From positions 295 through 64,294 of the forward strand of contig CAYYIY010000001.1 of the NCBI GenBank assembly GCA_964472075.1: DNA of 64,000 nt, in the 5' to 3' direction. Source of the stretch: an uncultured bacterium. Lineage in GTDB: Bacteria > Muiribacteriota > Ozemobacteria > Ozemobacterales > Ozemobacteraceae. Below the pieces are notes generated by a model. The model searched no databases and had not been told where the DNA came from. It was given only the letters and a program-made list of their open reading frames with translations. This document shows positions 8,329 to 20,002 of the stretch, in pieces; the stretch's first letter is position 1, and the number at the start of each line of letters is the position of its first letter. Made by a program: the position numbers and the translations under genes.

Positions 8329-9122
8329 TCAGACTATTTCTGATGACAGCATTGGTTTCGACGCTTTTGACACTCTCCGGATGTTACAGCGAGGGGGAGA
8401 AAGACCTTGATTCAGCTCGTGCCGCCTTGAAGCATCGACAGCCGAACCAGGCCATCAGGCTCACGACCCGCGCCATGCGTTACGGCGACCTGAACAAGGA
8501 ACGTCTGAGTTCCGCCCTGCAGATTCGCATTCGTGCCTTCACCGAACGTGCGGCTGAGGACAGCCGATATGCGGATGCGGCCAAAAACGACCTCGACGCC
8601 TGGGTGACCCTCGAGCCGGAAAACGCGCAAGCCTGGTTTCAGCGCGCCTATCTCTCGCTCTCCCGCAATGAACACGAGTCCGCCCTCCAGGATTTAAATA
8701 CCGGGCTTCTCAAAGCCGATCCCGATCAGCTATCCACTCATTCGCGACTTGCACAACCCTATGTTCGGCGAGCTTTGATTTTCATCGATCGCAAGCAGTA
8801 TGAGTCCGCCGAAAACGACCTGCAACGCGCCCGCGAACTTGACGACAAGGATCCCGATCTGCAGTATGCCTGCAGTTTTATCGCCGAACGTTCGGGAAAC
8901 AAAAAGGAAGCTCTTCATCTGATGGAACTGGCCGATTTTCTATATGCCCAGCGACAGGGAACGGCCTACCTGCTCGAAGCTCCCGTGGTCAACAATGCGT
9001 ATTTTCGCCGTTTGTACAAATTACGCGAAGCCTGTGGGCACGATCCCATGAAACGCTCAGAACGATTTGCCGAGGCGGCATCCCCGCCGTCGACAAAAGG
9101 GACGGAAAGCGCCGATGAGTAG
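8325..9122 (+). CDS. TPR-repeat lipoprotein
   Basis: Lipobox LLTLSGC near the N-terminus. TPR-like repeats follow. Confidence 0.7.
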   Translation: MIRLFLMTALVSTLLTLSGCYSEGEKDLDSARAALKHRQPNQAIRLTTRAMRYGDLNKERLSSALQIRIRAFTERAAEDSRYADAAKNDLDAWVTLEPENAQAWFQRAYLSLSRNEHESALQDLNTGLLKADPDQLSTHSRLAQPYVRRALIFIDRKQYESAENDLQRARELDDKDPDLQYACSFIAERSGNKKEALHLMELADFLYAQRQGTAYLLEAPVVNNAYFRRLYKLREACGHDPMKRSERFAEAASPPSTKGTESADE

Positions 9123-12100
9123 GCATCGGCGAGGCGGAAGCCGAGCATTCGCCCGGGCGGAGTGCGAACCCGGAATCGATTCACGCGGTTCGCTCTCGAA
9201 ACGCCCATCTTTCGCACCTGCATTCACATGTCTGCTCACGATCATTCTGTGCGTCTTTTCTCTTTTTTCGACAAGGACTTTTGCCGCCACAGCAACAGCC
9301 ACCGCATCGCCTTCCGTACCGCTTCTGGCGGGCTGCGAAATTGACTATCCGCCCTTCTGCATGGTCAAGCCCGATGGTCAGGCAACGGGGTTCGCAGTCG
9401 AGGTAATGCAGGCCGCAGTTCATGCCGTCGGTCGCGAGGTTGTCTTCGAAACGGGACCGTGGAGCGAGGTCAAGAGCCGGCTCGAAGCAGGTTCCCTTGA
9501 GGCCCTGCCTCTGGTCGGTCGAACCCCCGAAAGAGAAGCCGCGTTTGACTTCACCTTTCCGTACCTGACGCTTCACGGAGCAATTGCGATCAGAAGAGGA
9601 ACACAGGGGATACAAACCCTGGCTGATCTAAAAGGACGTTCGGTAGCCGTCATGAAGGGCGACAATGCCGAAGAGTTCCTGCGGCGGAATGATCCGGGGT
9701 GTCACATTCGCGAGACCGCCACCTTCGTCGAAGCGCTGCGAGAGCTTGAAGAAGGGAAACATGACGCCGTGGTGCTCCAACGACTGCTGGCTCTGCGCCT
9801 GATACAGGAGCACCGGTTTCAGCAGGTCGAGTTGGTTGCCGCCCCCATCACCGGGTTCAGACAGGATTTCTGCTTTGCCGTGAAAGAGGGCAATCGAGAA
9901 CTGCTGGCCCTTTTGAATGAGGGACTCGCGTTGATCATGGCCGACGGCACCTTTCGACGCCTGCATGCGCGCTGGATGGGTGCTCTCGACACCCTGTCGC
10001 ATCGACGCATCATCGTGGGCGGCGATCAACACTACCCCCCTTGGGAATTTCTCACTGAGAGCGGCGAGCCGACCGGGTTCAATGTGGATCTGATTCGTGC
10101 CATCGCTCGAGAAATGGGGGTTGAGGTCGAAATCAAACTCGGCCCCTGGCCCGACATAATGCGAGCCCTCGAACAGGGCGAGATTGACATGATTCAGGGC
10201 ATGTTCTACAGCCCTCAACGAGACGAGAGATTCGATTTTTCGAACGCTCATACCGTGAACAGCTACATCGCCGTCGTCCGACGTGATTTCGGGGTTCCTC
10301 CGTCAGAGGCACGCGAGTTTGGTAAACATCGCATCGCGCTCGAACGCGGTGATTTCATCGATGCCTGGGCGGTCGAACACGGCCTGAACGAGAATATCAT
10401 CAGGGTCGACAACCAGGAGTCCGCAATCAGAGCGGTTCTCAACGGCAACGCCGACTGTGCGCTCGTCGGGCGCCTTACCGCGCAGTATCTCATCAAGAAG
10501 TACGGGTGGACCAATCTGGTCTGTGGTCAGAAACCCCTAATCTCGCCGGAATACTGCTTCGCTTTTCGCAACGGACAGATCGCCCTTACCGGCCTGTTCA
10601 ACGAGGGCCTCAGCATGGTCGAAAAGACCGGCGAGTATCGAAAGATCAATGAAAAATGGTTCGGCGTACAAGAACAGAAACATGATTCTCTGTCCGCATT
10701 CGGACGTTTGCTGGCCATGGCGGCCGTGCCGCTTCTGGTCGTTTTCCTGATCTCCGCGGCCTGGACCAGGACCTTGAAGCGACAGGTCGCAGTTCGCACG
10801 GCGGAACTGCGCGACAGTGAAGCGCGTCACCGGCGATTGTTTGAAACCATGGCACAGGGGGTCGTGTACCAGGCGGCCGATGGGCGGATTATTTCAGCCA
10901 ATCCGTCGGCCGAACGTATTCTCGGCCTCACGCTTGATCAGATGATGGGTCGCACCTCCATGGATCCTTGTTGGCGCTCGATTCGAGAAGATGGCTCTGA
11001 TCTGCCCGGCTCAGAGCACCCAGCCATGATCGCCCTGCGAACCGGGCAGCCCGTCGGCCCGCACATCATGGGTGTCGCCCGCCCCGACGAGCCGAACCAC
11101 CGCTGGCTGCGAGTGAGTGCGCGGCCACTGTTTCGCCCCGGTGAAGAGAAGCCGTATCAGGTCTATGCGACACTCGAGGACATCACCGAGATTCGGCAGG
11201 CGCGCGAAGAGTATCAGCAGCTCTTCCGCCTGATGATGAACGGATTTTTGCGCGGAGAGATTGTCCGCAACCCCGACGGTCAAGCCGTGGATTTTCGCTT
11301 TCTGGCAGTGAACCCGGCTTTCGAGCGATTAACCGGCCTGAAGGCTGAGACGACGATCGGTCGTGCCGCGCGCGAGGTCATTCCTGATCTCGAGCACTCG
11401 TGGCTCGATATCTACGAGCGCGTGGTGACCACCGGAGAACCTGTACAATTCGAAAACGCTTCGCGAGCGCTGAACAAGACTTTTGACGTCAGTGCATTTC
11501 GTACCGGCCCGAACCAGTTTGCCGCGATGTTTTTCGACATCACTGAACGACGACGGGCGGAAGAAGAGCGCGCTCAGTTGCACGAACAGCTTCTTCAGGC
11601 ACAGAAGATGGAATCGGTCGGTCGGCTCGCCGGAGGCATCGCTCACGACTTCAATAACATTCTCGGGGTCATTCTTGGTCGGCTCGAACTTGTGATGGAA
11701 GATTTGGGCGAGAATCATCCGCAACGCCACAGCCTGCTCGAGATCGAGCGAGCGGCGCAGCGGTCAGCGGAATTGACCAGGCAGTTGCTGGCTTTTGCCC
11801 GCAAACAGACAGCGATGCCGCAGGTGATACAACTGGGCAACATTGTCGATGGCATGTTATCGATGCTGGCACGACTGCTGGGCGAAAATATTCGCATCGA
11901 ATGGAAACCCGCTCAGGATCTCTGGCACATTCGCATTGATCCGGTACAAATGGATCAGATTCTCGTGAATCTCAGTGTCAACGCGAGAGATGCCATCAAG
12001 GGAACAGGGGTGATCGTCATCACGGCGGAAAACGTGACGGTGAAGCAGGATACCACCGATCGTCTACTGGGCACGGCTCCCGGGGACTATGTTCGGCTCG

Positions 12101-12750
12101 GTTTTCGCGACGACGGATGCGGGATGCCGCCGCATGTCAAAGACAAGCTGTTCGAACCATTCTTCACCACCAAAGACGTCGGCAAGGGCACCGGGCTGGG
12201 TCTGGCGACCGTCTACGGCATTATGAAACAAAACGGCGGTTACATCGAGGTGCAAAGTGAAATCGGGAAAGGTACTACCTTCCGGCTTTATTTTCCACGT
12301 CATGATGCGGGACCTGACGCTGCAGTTTCAAACGACGCCGCGCTGTCATTTTCGAAGCGTCCTTCTGGTGCGACAAATTCGTCGGGACAGACGATCCTGT
12401 TGTGCGAAGACCGGGCCGACATTCGCGATCTCACCAGCCTGATGCTCGAACGGTGCGGATATCGCGTGCTTTCCGCTTCCTCGCCGGGAGAAGCGCTGGC
12501 GTTTGTACAAGATCGAGCGAGCGAAATCAGCCTGCTGATTACCGACATCATCATGCCGGATATGGATGGTCGAGAACTGGCCCGGAAGGTGACTGCCGTG
12601 AATCCACGCATCCGCTGTTTGTTCATGTCCGGGTATACGGCTGACGTCATCTCATCGCAGGAAGATCTCGATGAAGGGATGACATTCATTCAGAAGCCGT
12701 TCACTTCCGTCCACCTGGTCGGCAAGGTCCGCGAACTTCTCGAAGGGTGA
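9115..12750 (+). CDS. hybrid sensor histidine kinase: 2x periplasmic SBP_bac_3 solute-binding domains, TM, 2x PAS, HisKA, HATPase_c, REC
   Basis: The ORF track start at 9067 is a TTG; the ATG at 9115 precedes a signal-like segment. Motifs seen: [10 protein letters not shown] (H-box), [33 protein letters not shown], and a C-terminal receiver ([10 protein letters not shown]...DIIMPDMDG). Confidence 0.8.
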   Translation: MSRHRRGGSRAFARAECEPGIDSRGSLSKRPSFAPAFTCLLTIILCVFSLFSTRTFAATATATASPSVPLLAGCEIDYPPFCMVKPDGQATGFAVEVMQAAVHAVGREVVFETGPWSEVKSRLEAGSLEALPLVGRTPEREAAFDFTFPYLTLHGAIAIRRGTQGIQTLADLKGRSVAVMKGDNAEEFLRRNDPGCHIRETATFVEALRELEEGKHDAVVLQRLLALRLIQEHRFQQVELVAAPITGFRQDFCFAVKEGNRELLALLNEGLALIMADGTFRRLHARWMGALDTLSHRRIIVGGDQHYPPWEFLTESGEPTGFNVDLIRAIAREMGVEVEIKLGPWPDIMRALEQGEIDMIQGMFYSPQRDERFDFSNAHTVNSYIAVVRRDFGVPPSEAREFGKHRIALERGDFIDAWAVEHGLNENIIRVDNQESAIRAVLNGNADCALVGRLTAQYLIKKYGWTNLVCGQKPLISPEYCFAFRNGQIALTGLFNEGLSMVEKTGEYRKINEKWFGVQEQKHDSLSAFGRLLAMAAVPLLVVFLISAAWTRTLKRQVAVRTAELRDSEARHRRLFETMAQGVVYQAADGRIISANPSAERILGLTLDQMMGRTSMDPCWRSIREDGSDLPGSEHPAMIALRTGQPVGPHIMGVARPDEPNHRWLRVSARPLFRPGEEKPYQVYATLEDITEIRQAREEYQQLFRLMMNGFLRGEIVRNPDGQAVDFRFLAVNPAFERLTGLKAETTIGRAAREVIPDLEHSWLDIYERVVTTGEPVQFENASRALNKTFDVSAFRTGPNQFAAMFFDITERRRAEEERAQLHEQLLQAQKMESVGRLAGGIAHDFNNILGVILGRLELVMEDLGENHPQRHSLLEIERAAQRSAELTRQLLAFARKQTAMPQVIQLGNIVDGMLSMLARLLGENIRIEWKPAQDLWHIRIDPVQMDQILVNLSVNARDAIKGTGVIVITAENVTVKQDTTDRLLGTAPGDYVRLGFRDDGCGMPPHVKDKLFEPFFTTKDVGKGTGLGLATVYGIMKQNGGYIEVQSEIGKGTTFRLYFPRHDAGPDAAVSNDAALSFSKRPSGATNSSGQTILLCEDRADIRDLTSLMLERCGYRVLSASSPGEALAFVQDRASEISLLITDIIMPDMDGRELARKVTAVNPRIRCLFMSGYTADVISSQEDLDEGMTFIQKPFTSVHLVGKVRELLEG

Positions 12751-12762
12751 TGGAATAAGGCA

Positions 12763-15696
12763 ATGATCGAGTTTATCGGTCAGCATCGTGAGTCCGCGAT
12801 ACTGTTGTTGCTTTTTGTTCTGGCCGTGAGCGGCCTGTCGCTCGGCCTGCTCATCGCGAATCGGCGGCTGGCGGCGATGCGTCGGGAAGCGTGCCGGGAG
12901 ATTGAAACCCGCATCGAAATCGAACAACGGCTGAAAAGACAGGAAATCGTGTTTCGCAGCCTGTTCGAGCGGCTTCTCTACCCGGTAGCCATGTATCGGT
13001 ACGACGAATCAGACGGCGGGTACCGGTTCGTCGATGCAAACCCCGCTCTCGAAGCCCTTGAGCGCGTAAAGAAATCAGAGATCATCGGCAAACGAGTCGA
13101 TCAGGTGTTTCCGGGAGTCGTGAAATTCGGTCTTCTCGACGTGCTTGACCGGGTGAGAAAAAGTGGAGTCGCGGAAGAACACGCCATGACCTTTTATGAG
13201 GATACGCGCATTGCCGGCTGGCGTCACAACATGGTGTATCGCATCGAGACCGGTGAACTGGTCGCCATGTATCAGGACGTCACCGACCAGAAACTGTTCG
13301 AACAGGCATTGATGGAAAGCCAGCAGCGCCTGCAGGCGATTCTCGATGCCGTGCAGACCGGCGTCATCATGGTCGATGCCGCATCTCGCAAGATCATCGA
13401 CGTCAACCCGACTGCCGTGAAGATGATCGGTCGACCTCGCGAAGCGATTATCGGCCATATCTGTCACGATTTCATCTGTCCGAATCAGGTCGACAACTGT
13501 CCGATTCTAGATCGAGGCGAAACCGTCGACAATGCAGAACGCATTCTGTTAAATGCCTCTGGAGAGAAGGTTCCGATCATCAAGAACGTTGTACAGATCC
13601 AGACCGAAGGCAGGAATGTCCTTCTCGAGAGCTTTGTCGACATTTCCGTGCAGAAGAGAGTAGAGAACGAACTGCGTGAGGCGAATGAGCATCTGGAACA
13701 GGCTACCCTGTTCGCACGCGAAATGTCCTCTCAAGCAGAGCTGGCAAATCAGGCGAAAAGCGCGTTTCTCGCCAACATGAGTCATGAGATTCGTACGCCG
13801 ATGAACGGCATCATCGGCATGATCGGTCTGCTGGCTGAAACACCGCTGACAAACGATCAAAGCGAGTTCGTGCGCACGATTCAGTCCTGCTCTGAGAGTC
13901 TGCTTTCCCTGGTCAACGACATTCTCGATTTTTCAAAGATCGAGGCCGGCAAGCTTGATCTCGAGATGATCGATTTCGATCTGCGCCAGTGTCTCGACGA
14001 TGTCGGCGATCTGCTGGCAGTGCGGGCCTCAGAGAAGAAACTCGAGTTGATCCTGTGCGTGCATCCTGATGTTCCGCAACGCGTTCGCGGTGACCCCGGG
14101 CGCCTGCGACAGATCCTTCTCAATCTGATGGGTAATGCCGTCAAGTTTACCGAGCACGGCGAAGTCGAACTTCATGTACGTAAACTCGAAGAGCGTGACC
14201 AGCGCTTCAGATTGGATTTCGAGATTCGTGATACCGGCATCGGGATCCCGCCGGATCGCGTTGTGCTGCTGTTCAAACCTTTTACCCAGGCCGATGCCTC
14301 GCTGTCACGACGATACGGCGGGACCGGACTGGGACTCTCGATCAGCAAACGTCTTTGCGAAATGATGGGCGGCTCGATCCACGTCGTATCGGAACCGGGC
14401 AAGGGATCGACATTTCGTTTTGACATATGGGTTGATCCCGCAACGAAACAACTCCGCGAAACCGACTTGCCCTGTCAAACCATCGACTGGAAGAGTAAAC
14501 GAGTTCTGGTGGTTGACGACACCCCGACGAACTGTTTGTGGCTGTCCTATTTGCTTGAAGGACTCGGATGTCGTTTTACGATCGTCGAACGCAGCATGAA
14601 CGCCCTGCAGGTTCTCCAGGACGCAGCGACAGCCGGGGAACCGTTTCACGTCGCGATTATCGATTATTTCATGCCCGAGCTTGATGGATACGAACTCGGC
14701 AAACGCATCAGAGCGGACAAACGATGGAGTGATCTGAAACTGGTGATGCTCACGTCGGTCGGTCGTCGGGGCGATGCCGCCCTTTTGAAGAACGCCGGTT
14801 TTGATGCGTATCTCGTGAAACCCATCAAGCACACGCTGCTGCTTCAGTGCCTGAACAGAGTGCTCAGCGATACGCTTCGTGCAACTGCCGCAGAAGACGT
14901 CTTGATCACCAAACCGTTACTGGCAGAGCAGGCGCGAAAACATCGCATTCTGGTCGCCGACGACAACGTCACCAATCAGAAGGTGACCATGCACATTCTG
15001 AAGCGTCTCGGATACCACGTCGACGCCGTTTCCGATGGGCGCGAAGCATTGACTGCCCTGCGAGACATCGATTATCACCTGGTACTCATGGACTGCCGCA
15101 TGCCGGTCATGGATGGTCTCGAAGCTACTCGGATGGTACGACAGAGAAAAGCTCGGGTGAAAAATCCGGATATCCCCATTATTGCCCTGACCGCCGGCGT
15201 ACTCCCTGAAGAGCGCGCCGAGTGCCTGAATGCAGGCATGACCGATTTTCTCGCCAAGCCCTTCAAACCGGAAGAACTGCAGGCGCTCCTGCACCGACTG
15301 CTTCCCAACGTTTCCGTTTCATCGAACCCGGCAGCGACTTCGCCGGCGTCTGAAAAAGCCGTTTTCGACTGGAATCATTTTGTCCACCTGCTCGGCGACG
15401 ACGAGTCAGCCGCACGCGAGGTCGGCGCAACCTTCATCGAATCGTTTTCGAGACAGATGACCGCACTTCGGCAAGCGGCCGAGAGAGGCGCTTCTTCAGA
15501 GATTCTACAATTGGCTCACTCGATAAAAGGCTCTTGCAGCAGTATTCTGGCTGAGACAGCTCGGACGATCTGCGAATCGATCGAACGTCTGGCCCGCGAA
15601 GGAAAAACCGAGCATCTGCACGAAATCATTCGCTCTCTCGATCAGGAGTTTGCCGTTCTCCGCGAGCTGATCACCCCGCATCTGAAATCATCGTGA
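12763..15696 (+). CDS. hybrid sensor histidine kinase/response regulator: TM, 2x PAS, HisKA, HATPase_c, 2x REC, Hpt
   Basis: Motifs seen: SHEIRTPMNGIIG (H-box), GTGLGLSISKRL, two receiver domains (VLVVDDTPTN...; ILVADDNVTN...DCRMPVMDG) and a C-terminal Hpt-like helix bundle (LAHSIKGSCSSI). Confidence 0.85.
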   Translation: MIEFIGQHRESAILLLLFVLAVSGLSLGLLIANRRLAAMRREACREIETRIEIEQRLKRQEIVFRSLFERLLYPVAMYRYDESDGGYRFVDANPALEALERVKKSEIIGKRVDQVFPGVVKFGLLDVLDRVRKSGVAEEHAMTFYEDTRIAGWRHNMVYRIETGELVAMYQDVTDQKLFEQALMESQQRLQAILDAVQTGVIMVDAASRKIIDVNPTAVKMIGRPREAIIGHICHDFICPNQVDNCPILDRGETVDNAERILLNASGEKVPIIKNVVQIQTEGRNVLLESFVDISVQKRVENELREANEHLEQATLFAREMSSQAELANQAKSAFLANMSHEIRTPMNGIIGMIGLLAETPLTNDQSEFVRTIQSCSESLLSLVNDILDFSKIEAGKLDLEMIDFDLRQCLDDVGDLLAVRASEKKLELILCVHPDVPQRVRGDPGRLRQILLNLMGNAVKFTEHGEVELHVRKLEERDQRFRLDFEIRDTGIGIPPDRVVLLFKPFTQADASLSRRYGGTGLGLSISKRLCEMMGGSIHVVSEPGKGSTFRFDIWVDPATKQLRETDLPCQTIDWKSKRVLVVDDTPTNCLWLSYLLEGLGCRFTIVERSMNALQVLQDAATAGEPFHVAIIDYFMPELDGYELGKRIRADKRWSDLKLVMLTSVGRRGDAALLKNAGFDAYLVKPIKHTLLLQCLNRVLSDTLRATAAEDVLITKPLLAEQARKHRILVADDNVTNQKVTMHILKRLGYHVDAVSDGREALTALRDIDYHLVLMDCRMPVMDGLEATRMVRQRKARVKNPDIPIIALTAGVLPEERAECLNAGMTDFLAKPFKPEELQALLHRLLPNVSVSSNPAATSPASEKAVFDWNHFVHLLGDDESAAREVGATFIESFSRQMTALRQAAERGASSEILQLAHSIKGSCSSILAETARTICESIERLAREGKTEHLHEIIRSLDQEFAVLRELITPHLKSS

Positions 15697-15750
15697 ACCG
15701 TAACTGACCCACGGGTAAGAAACAGAGCAGCGTTTTCCGGATTGCAGGAT

Positions 15751-16902
15751 TCACTTTCCCATTCGCTTTTTCCAGATGCGAATCGGAATGACGACTCGAT
15801 CGAGACGATTGTATTGCACGATGCGTTGCAGGAACAACTCGGTCAATTCAATGCCTTCGCGCAGAAGTATCACGCCGTTTACGGTCACGACGTTGTCTGC
15901 CATCACCATTCCGGGTTCGAGTTCCTCGACGCAGACTTTCACCAAATCAAATCCGTCATGCGACAACTCGATTTCAGCTTTGAGAGCTTCAAGCACCTTC
16001 GGGTCATAGGTACCATAACGCGCCAACAGAGACTGAAATGCCTGGACCTCGCTCATCCCTCTTGCTTTCAGATCATCGAAGTCGAGAATCGCCCTCAGAA
16101 TTCTCGCAGCAAGCGGAATCTGGTCACCGGAAGCACCATCGGCAGGTTGTCCACCACCATCAAACTTTTTCCGCAGATATCCGACAACCTCGGCCACTTC
16201 CTCGAGCCGCGGAATCTGCAGCAGCATTCGCCTGACAGCCTGGGGTTGCTGATCAATCACTGTCTGGGTCTCGATGTCAGCCGAAGAAACGCCATTCTGC
16301 AGATCGGTGACAATCTGCGGAGGAAGAATCAGGTAGCTCAAGCGAGAGAACATAAGCGCCAGTTCCGTGACATTCTGACTGCCGCACATTCGCTCCGTGA
16401 CTTTACGAACCAACGGCGTCAGAGCGGTTGTGCGCATGAACAGTTCAGGGCGGGCCAGCGCCAGCAAGTCGACCAGTATCTTGATCGAACCCTTCAATGT
16501 TTTCTCAAGAAGCTCTTTCTCGGCCGTTACCAGCTGGTACTGACGAAACGCATCATCGAGTGATCTCGTCAAAACATCATACGGGCATGGCTTGGTCAGG
16601 AAACGAAAAATGTGACCTTCGTTTACGGCCTGCATGGCAACGTTCAGATCGGTTTGTCCGGTCAGCATCATGCGGGTCGTCTCAGGCGAAGATTTCTGAA
16701 CGCGTTTCAAGAACTCGATCCCATCGACTTCGGGCATCTGGTAATCGGCCACGACCGCGGCAAACGGGCCTTGATGTACGAGCGCCTGCAGTCCGGTCAC
16801 CGCACCGGATGCGGTAACCACTTCGGCATGCTTGCGCAAAATGCGGGTATAGCCGAGAAGTACGTTCTGCTCGTCGTCCACCAGCAGCACACGACGGTTC
16901 AT
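15751..16902 (-). CDS. response regulator: REC + HD-related (HD-GYP/HDOD-like) output domain
   Basis: N-terminal receiver (RVLLVDDEQNVL...DYQMPEVDG). The C-terminal HD-like region is judged by eye. It overlaps the upstream response regulator by 4 nt. Confidence 0.75.
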   Translation of the reverse strand: MNRRVLLVDDEQNVLLGYTRILRKHAEVVTASGAVTGLQALVHQGPFAAVVADYQMPEVDGIEFLKRVQKSSPETTRMMLTGQTDLNVAMQAVNEGHIFRFLTKPCPYDVLTRSLDDAFRQYQLVTAEKELLEKTLKGSIKILVDLLALARPELFMRTTALTPLVRKVTERMCGSQNVTELALMFSRLSYLILPPQIVTDLQNGVSSADIETQTVIDQQPQAVRRMLLQIPRLEEVAEVVGYLRKKFDGGGQPADGASGDQIPLAARILRAILDFDDLKARGMSEVQAFQSLLARYGTYDPKVLEALKAEIELSHDGFDLVKVCVEELEPGMVMADNVVTVNGVILLREGIELTELFLQRIVQYNRLDRVVIPIRIWKKRMGK

Positions 16903-18131
16903 ACTGCCGCCCCCGTGTTGCCGAAAAAGTCTCGTGCCGCGGCTCTCAGATACTCAGTACGCGCTGTGAGATTCACGGAACTGAGCAAGGTCTCGTCAAG
17001 GCCGCTATAAGGTAGCGAGTTCTCGGGCGAAGACATCTCATGAACAAAGGTGTTAGCCAGATGAACCGCCACCAACGGGCGAAGACGGTTGCCGACCGCC
17101 TGATCGGGATGATGGTGAAAAAGAACGGCTTCGACAACAGAATCGGGAAGTCCCCACAAACCGAGAATGTATCCGCCGATCGATCCGTGGTGACATTCGA
17201 TCAACTGCATCTCATGAGCATAAAGGGGGATACCCTGTCTTCGAGCCTCGATGGGCAGTTCGGGAAAATACGGAGGATATTGCAGGAGAAGCAATTTTCC
17301 GAGGTCATGCAATAACCCGGCGATAAAACACTCTTCAGCCAGACGCCCTGAGCCGTCAAGCTGAATGCACAGGTGTCTGGCCAGGCCGGCCACCTGCAGG
17401 CTGTGTTCCTGCACGGCCTGCACGAAGCGCCCAATCGAAGAGCCGGGGGAATGACTTTCGAACAGTGAAGCGGTCATGACAACGGCTCTCACGACCTGAA
17501 TTCCAAGAAAAATGACAGCCTCAGGCACGTTTGCGATTATCTGCGGTAAACCGAAAAACGCCGAGTTGGCCAGGTGAAGAATCTGCGAGGAGATGGTCGG
17601 ATCCTGCGCGATCAGTTCGCCGATCTGCTCGAGCGAAGCCATCGGCCGCTGCAATGCTTCGCAGATGCTTTGATAAAGCGGACCTGGCGTAGGAAGAGTT
17701 CGGACGTTGGCAAGGACTTTCACGATGGCGGCAGACTTCAGCGAACGCCGAAGAACAAAAGCGCGTTTTATCGCCTGTTTCAGAACATCCACTTCGCAGG
17801 GTTTCGAAAGAAACTGATGCGTTGAGCCGATGACGTGAAGCAGAAGATCCTGGTCTGAGTGTCCCGAGAGAATGAAACGTATCGTTGAAGGAAATCGCCT
17901 GCTGACCTGCTGCAACAGTTCCGCTCCGTTCATTTCCGGCATGCGCATGTCGCTCACGATCAGGTCAATGGGTTGATCTGCCGCAGCCGCCCGCTGCATC
18001 AAGTCGAGAGCTTCGCTGCCGCTCCCGGCAAAATGCAGCTGCCACTCGCGAGAGGTTGAATGCAGCGCGCGACGCAGGCTTTGAATGATATGTGGTTCAT
18101 CATCGACGAACAGAATACGTGGCATATTCAT
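16899..18131 (-). CDS. response regulator: REC + HDOD domain
   Basis: Receiver domain (ILFVDDEPHI...DMRMPEMNG). The HDOD-like region contains LLHDLGKLLLL and HH motifs. It overlaps the upstream kinase by 4 nt. Confidence 0.8.
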   Translation of the reverse strand: MNMPRILFVDDEPHIIQSLRRALHSTSREWQLHFAGSGSEALDLMQRAAAADQPIDLIVSDMRMPEMNGAELLQQVSRRFPSTIRFILSGHSDQDLLLHVIGSTHQFLSKPCEVDVLKQAIKRAFVLRRSLKSAAIVKVLANVRTLPTPGPLYQSICEALQRPMASLEQIGELIAQDPTISSQILHLANSAFFGLPQIIANVPEAVIFLGIQVVRAVVMTASLFESHSPGSSIGRFVQAVQEHSLQVAGLARHLCIQLDGSGRLAEECFIAGLLHDLGKLLLLQYPPYFPELPIEARRQGIPLYAHEMQLIECHHGSIGGYILGLWGLPDSVVEAVLFHHHPDQAVGNRLRPLVAVHLANTFVHEMSSPENSLPYSGLDETLLSSVNLTARTEYLRAAARDFFGNTGAAV

Positions 18132-19876
18132 GTGGCTTCTCCCGAAGGATTTGGCTCCGGTACCGAAGGATCTGGAATCTTCAGAGGCAGGAACAGACGA
18201 AACGTTGTTCCGTTGCCCGGTTCACTTTCGACCTCGATACGCCCGCCATGTCGCTGGACGATGATGTCGTGGGCAATGGCAAGACCCTGCCCCGTGCCTT
18301 TGCCGACCGGCTTGGTGGTGAAAAAGGGATCGAAGACGCGCGGAAGAATCTCGGCCGGCATGCCGGCTCCGTCATCGCGAATCGTGATCATGGCATGTTG
18401 ATCTCGAATGCCGGTAGAGATGATGATCTTCCCCTTTTTGTACCGACCGGCTTTTATCGAATCTTCAATAGCATGAGTGGAATTGATGATCATGTTCAAC
18501 ACGACCTGATTGATCTGGTCAAGATAGCAAGGCACCGTTGGAAGACTGGGTGAAAGAACGGTCACGAGATCAGCGGCATACTTCCATTCGTTGCGTGAGA
18601 TAGTGACCGTGTCTTCAATTCCTCGATTCAGGTCGGCCGAGCTGCGCGAACCCTTGCTGGGGTGAGAAAAACTCTTGATGGCCGAGATGATCGTGCTGAC
18701 GCGCTTGATACCGTCTTCCATCTGGGACAAAGCTTGCGGAACCTCGTCGATCAGGAAGGAGATGTCGCTGCTGCGCTCGAGCTCGAGAACGCGTTCGCGA
18801 GCTGATTCTGCCGGCATCTGCCCTTCAGCCGGGTTCATGGCCGAACGATAGGCCTGCAAAAGGGTGACCAGTTCCTGAAAGGCGTCGGCAAGAAAGCGCC
18901 GATTGTCTCCGATGAACTGCATCGGCGTATTTATTTCATGCGCGATTCCGGCAGCCAGTCGACCGATCGATTCCATCTTCTGCGACAGGGCGAGTTGCGC
19001 GTCGATACGCAGTTGTTCGGTACAGTCGCGAAACATCAGAACACAGCCGCGCAGCCTGGGCTCCGGGTTCTGAAGACGCGTGACGGTCAGCGCCAGAACT
19101 TTGCGGGTGCGCCCAGGGGTGAGAATGCAGAACTGGGGCAGGACGAGCACGGGTGTGCTCGGATCGCTCTTCCATGCCAGAAACTCCTGAAGACGGGCCT
19201 GGCTTTCAGAATCGGTTGGTTGCAGCAGTTCGCTGAGCGGTCGATGCAGCGCCTGTTTCGGATCATGCTCGAGAATCTGCCCCGCGGCTTCGTTCATCAG
19301 GGTGATTCGCCCCGAAGGTGAAACGGAAACAACAGCATCAGCCAGACTCAGCAGCGTGGTTTCGAGCGTGCGTTTCTCTGCCTCAATCGTTTGCTGATCG
19401 CGGTCACGCTCGAATGCCGCCCAGAAGAGATCACCAACGGATTGAAGACAGTTGGGTTGAAGTGCACAGGAGCTTGTGGTGTGAGTAAGCGGGGTAACAC
19501 CAATGAAAGCAACCAGAGAATGGGCCTGCATAATACTTACTGAGAGCGCGTGCGGAATCTGCGACTGCCGGCTCAGATAGATCTTCAAATCGCGTGAATC
19601 AAGGGTTTGTGATAAAAACGCCGAGTCACAACCCCACTCGTACAAATGTCCACAGACTTCGCGACTGCCCGGCCAGATCATGAACCACGCTTTGTGGGCC
19701 TGCGCCTTCCGTGCCAGTGACTCGAGGCCTTTGGCGTAGATCTCTTGAAGGGAACGCGATGAAGAACGAAACAGAATGCGAAACAACTCTGAAACCAGCT
19801 CAAAGGCAGACGTGGTATCGTTGTTGAGCGCGGGAGGATAAATGGCAGCCGGGGGCATCGTGCCGCTGTTCGTCAT
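18128..19876 (-). CDS. sensor histidine kinase (PAS, HisKA, HATPase_c)
   Basis: Motifs seen: AAGIAHEINTPMQFI (H-box), RDDGAGMPAEILPRVFDPFFTTK, GTGQGLAIAHDII. It is the first gene of a three-gene minus-strand operon. Confidence 0.8.
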   Translation of the reverse strand: MTNSGTMPPAAIYPPALNNDTTSAFELVSELFRILFRSSSRSLQEIYAKGLESLARKAQAHKAWFMIWPGSREVCGHLYEWGCDSAFLSQTLDSRDLKIYLSRQSQIPHALSVSIMQAHSLVAFIGVTPLTHTTSSCALQPNCLQSVGDLFWAAFERDRDQQTIEAEKRTLETTLLSLADAVVSVSPSGRITLMNEAAGQILEHDPKQALHRPLSELLQPTDSESQARLQEFLAWKSDPSTPVLVLPQFCILTPGRTRKVLALTVTRLQNPEPRLRGCVLMFRDCTEQLRIDAQLALSQKMESIGRLAAGIAHEINTPMQFIGDNRRFLADAFQELVTLLQAYRSAMNPAEGQMPAESARERVLELERSSDISFLIDEVPQALSQMEDGIKRVSTIISAIKSFSHPSKGSRSSADLNRGIEDTVTISRNEWKYAADLVTVLSPSLPTVPCYLDQINQVVLNMIINSTHAIEDSIKAGRYKKGKIIISTGIRDQHAMITIRDDGAGMPAEILPRVFDPFFTTKPVGKGTGQGLAIAHDIIVQRHGGRIEVESEPGNGTTFRLFLPLKIPDPSVPEPNPSGEAT

Positions 19877-20002
19877 ATCCCCCTCAACCGCTGATCTGAA
19901 ACGAAATTATCTTGCTATCACGCACCTGAGAAGGATACAATTTTCTGAGAGAAGTGGCAAACAAACGATCGCATTCGTGGGTGAGGCGGGGAGGCCCGAG
20001 TC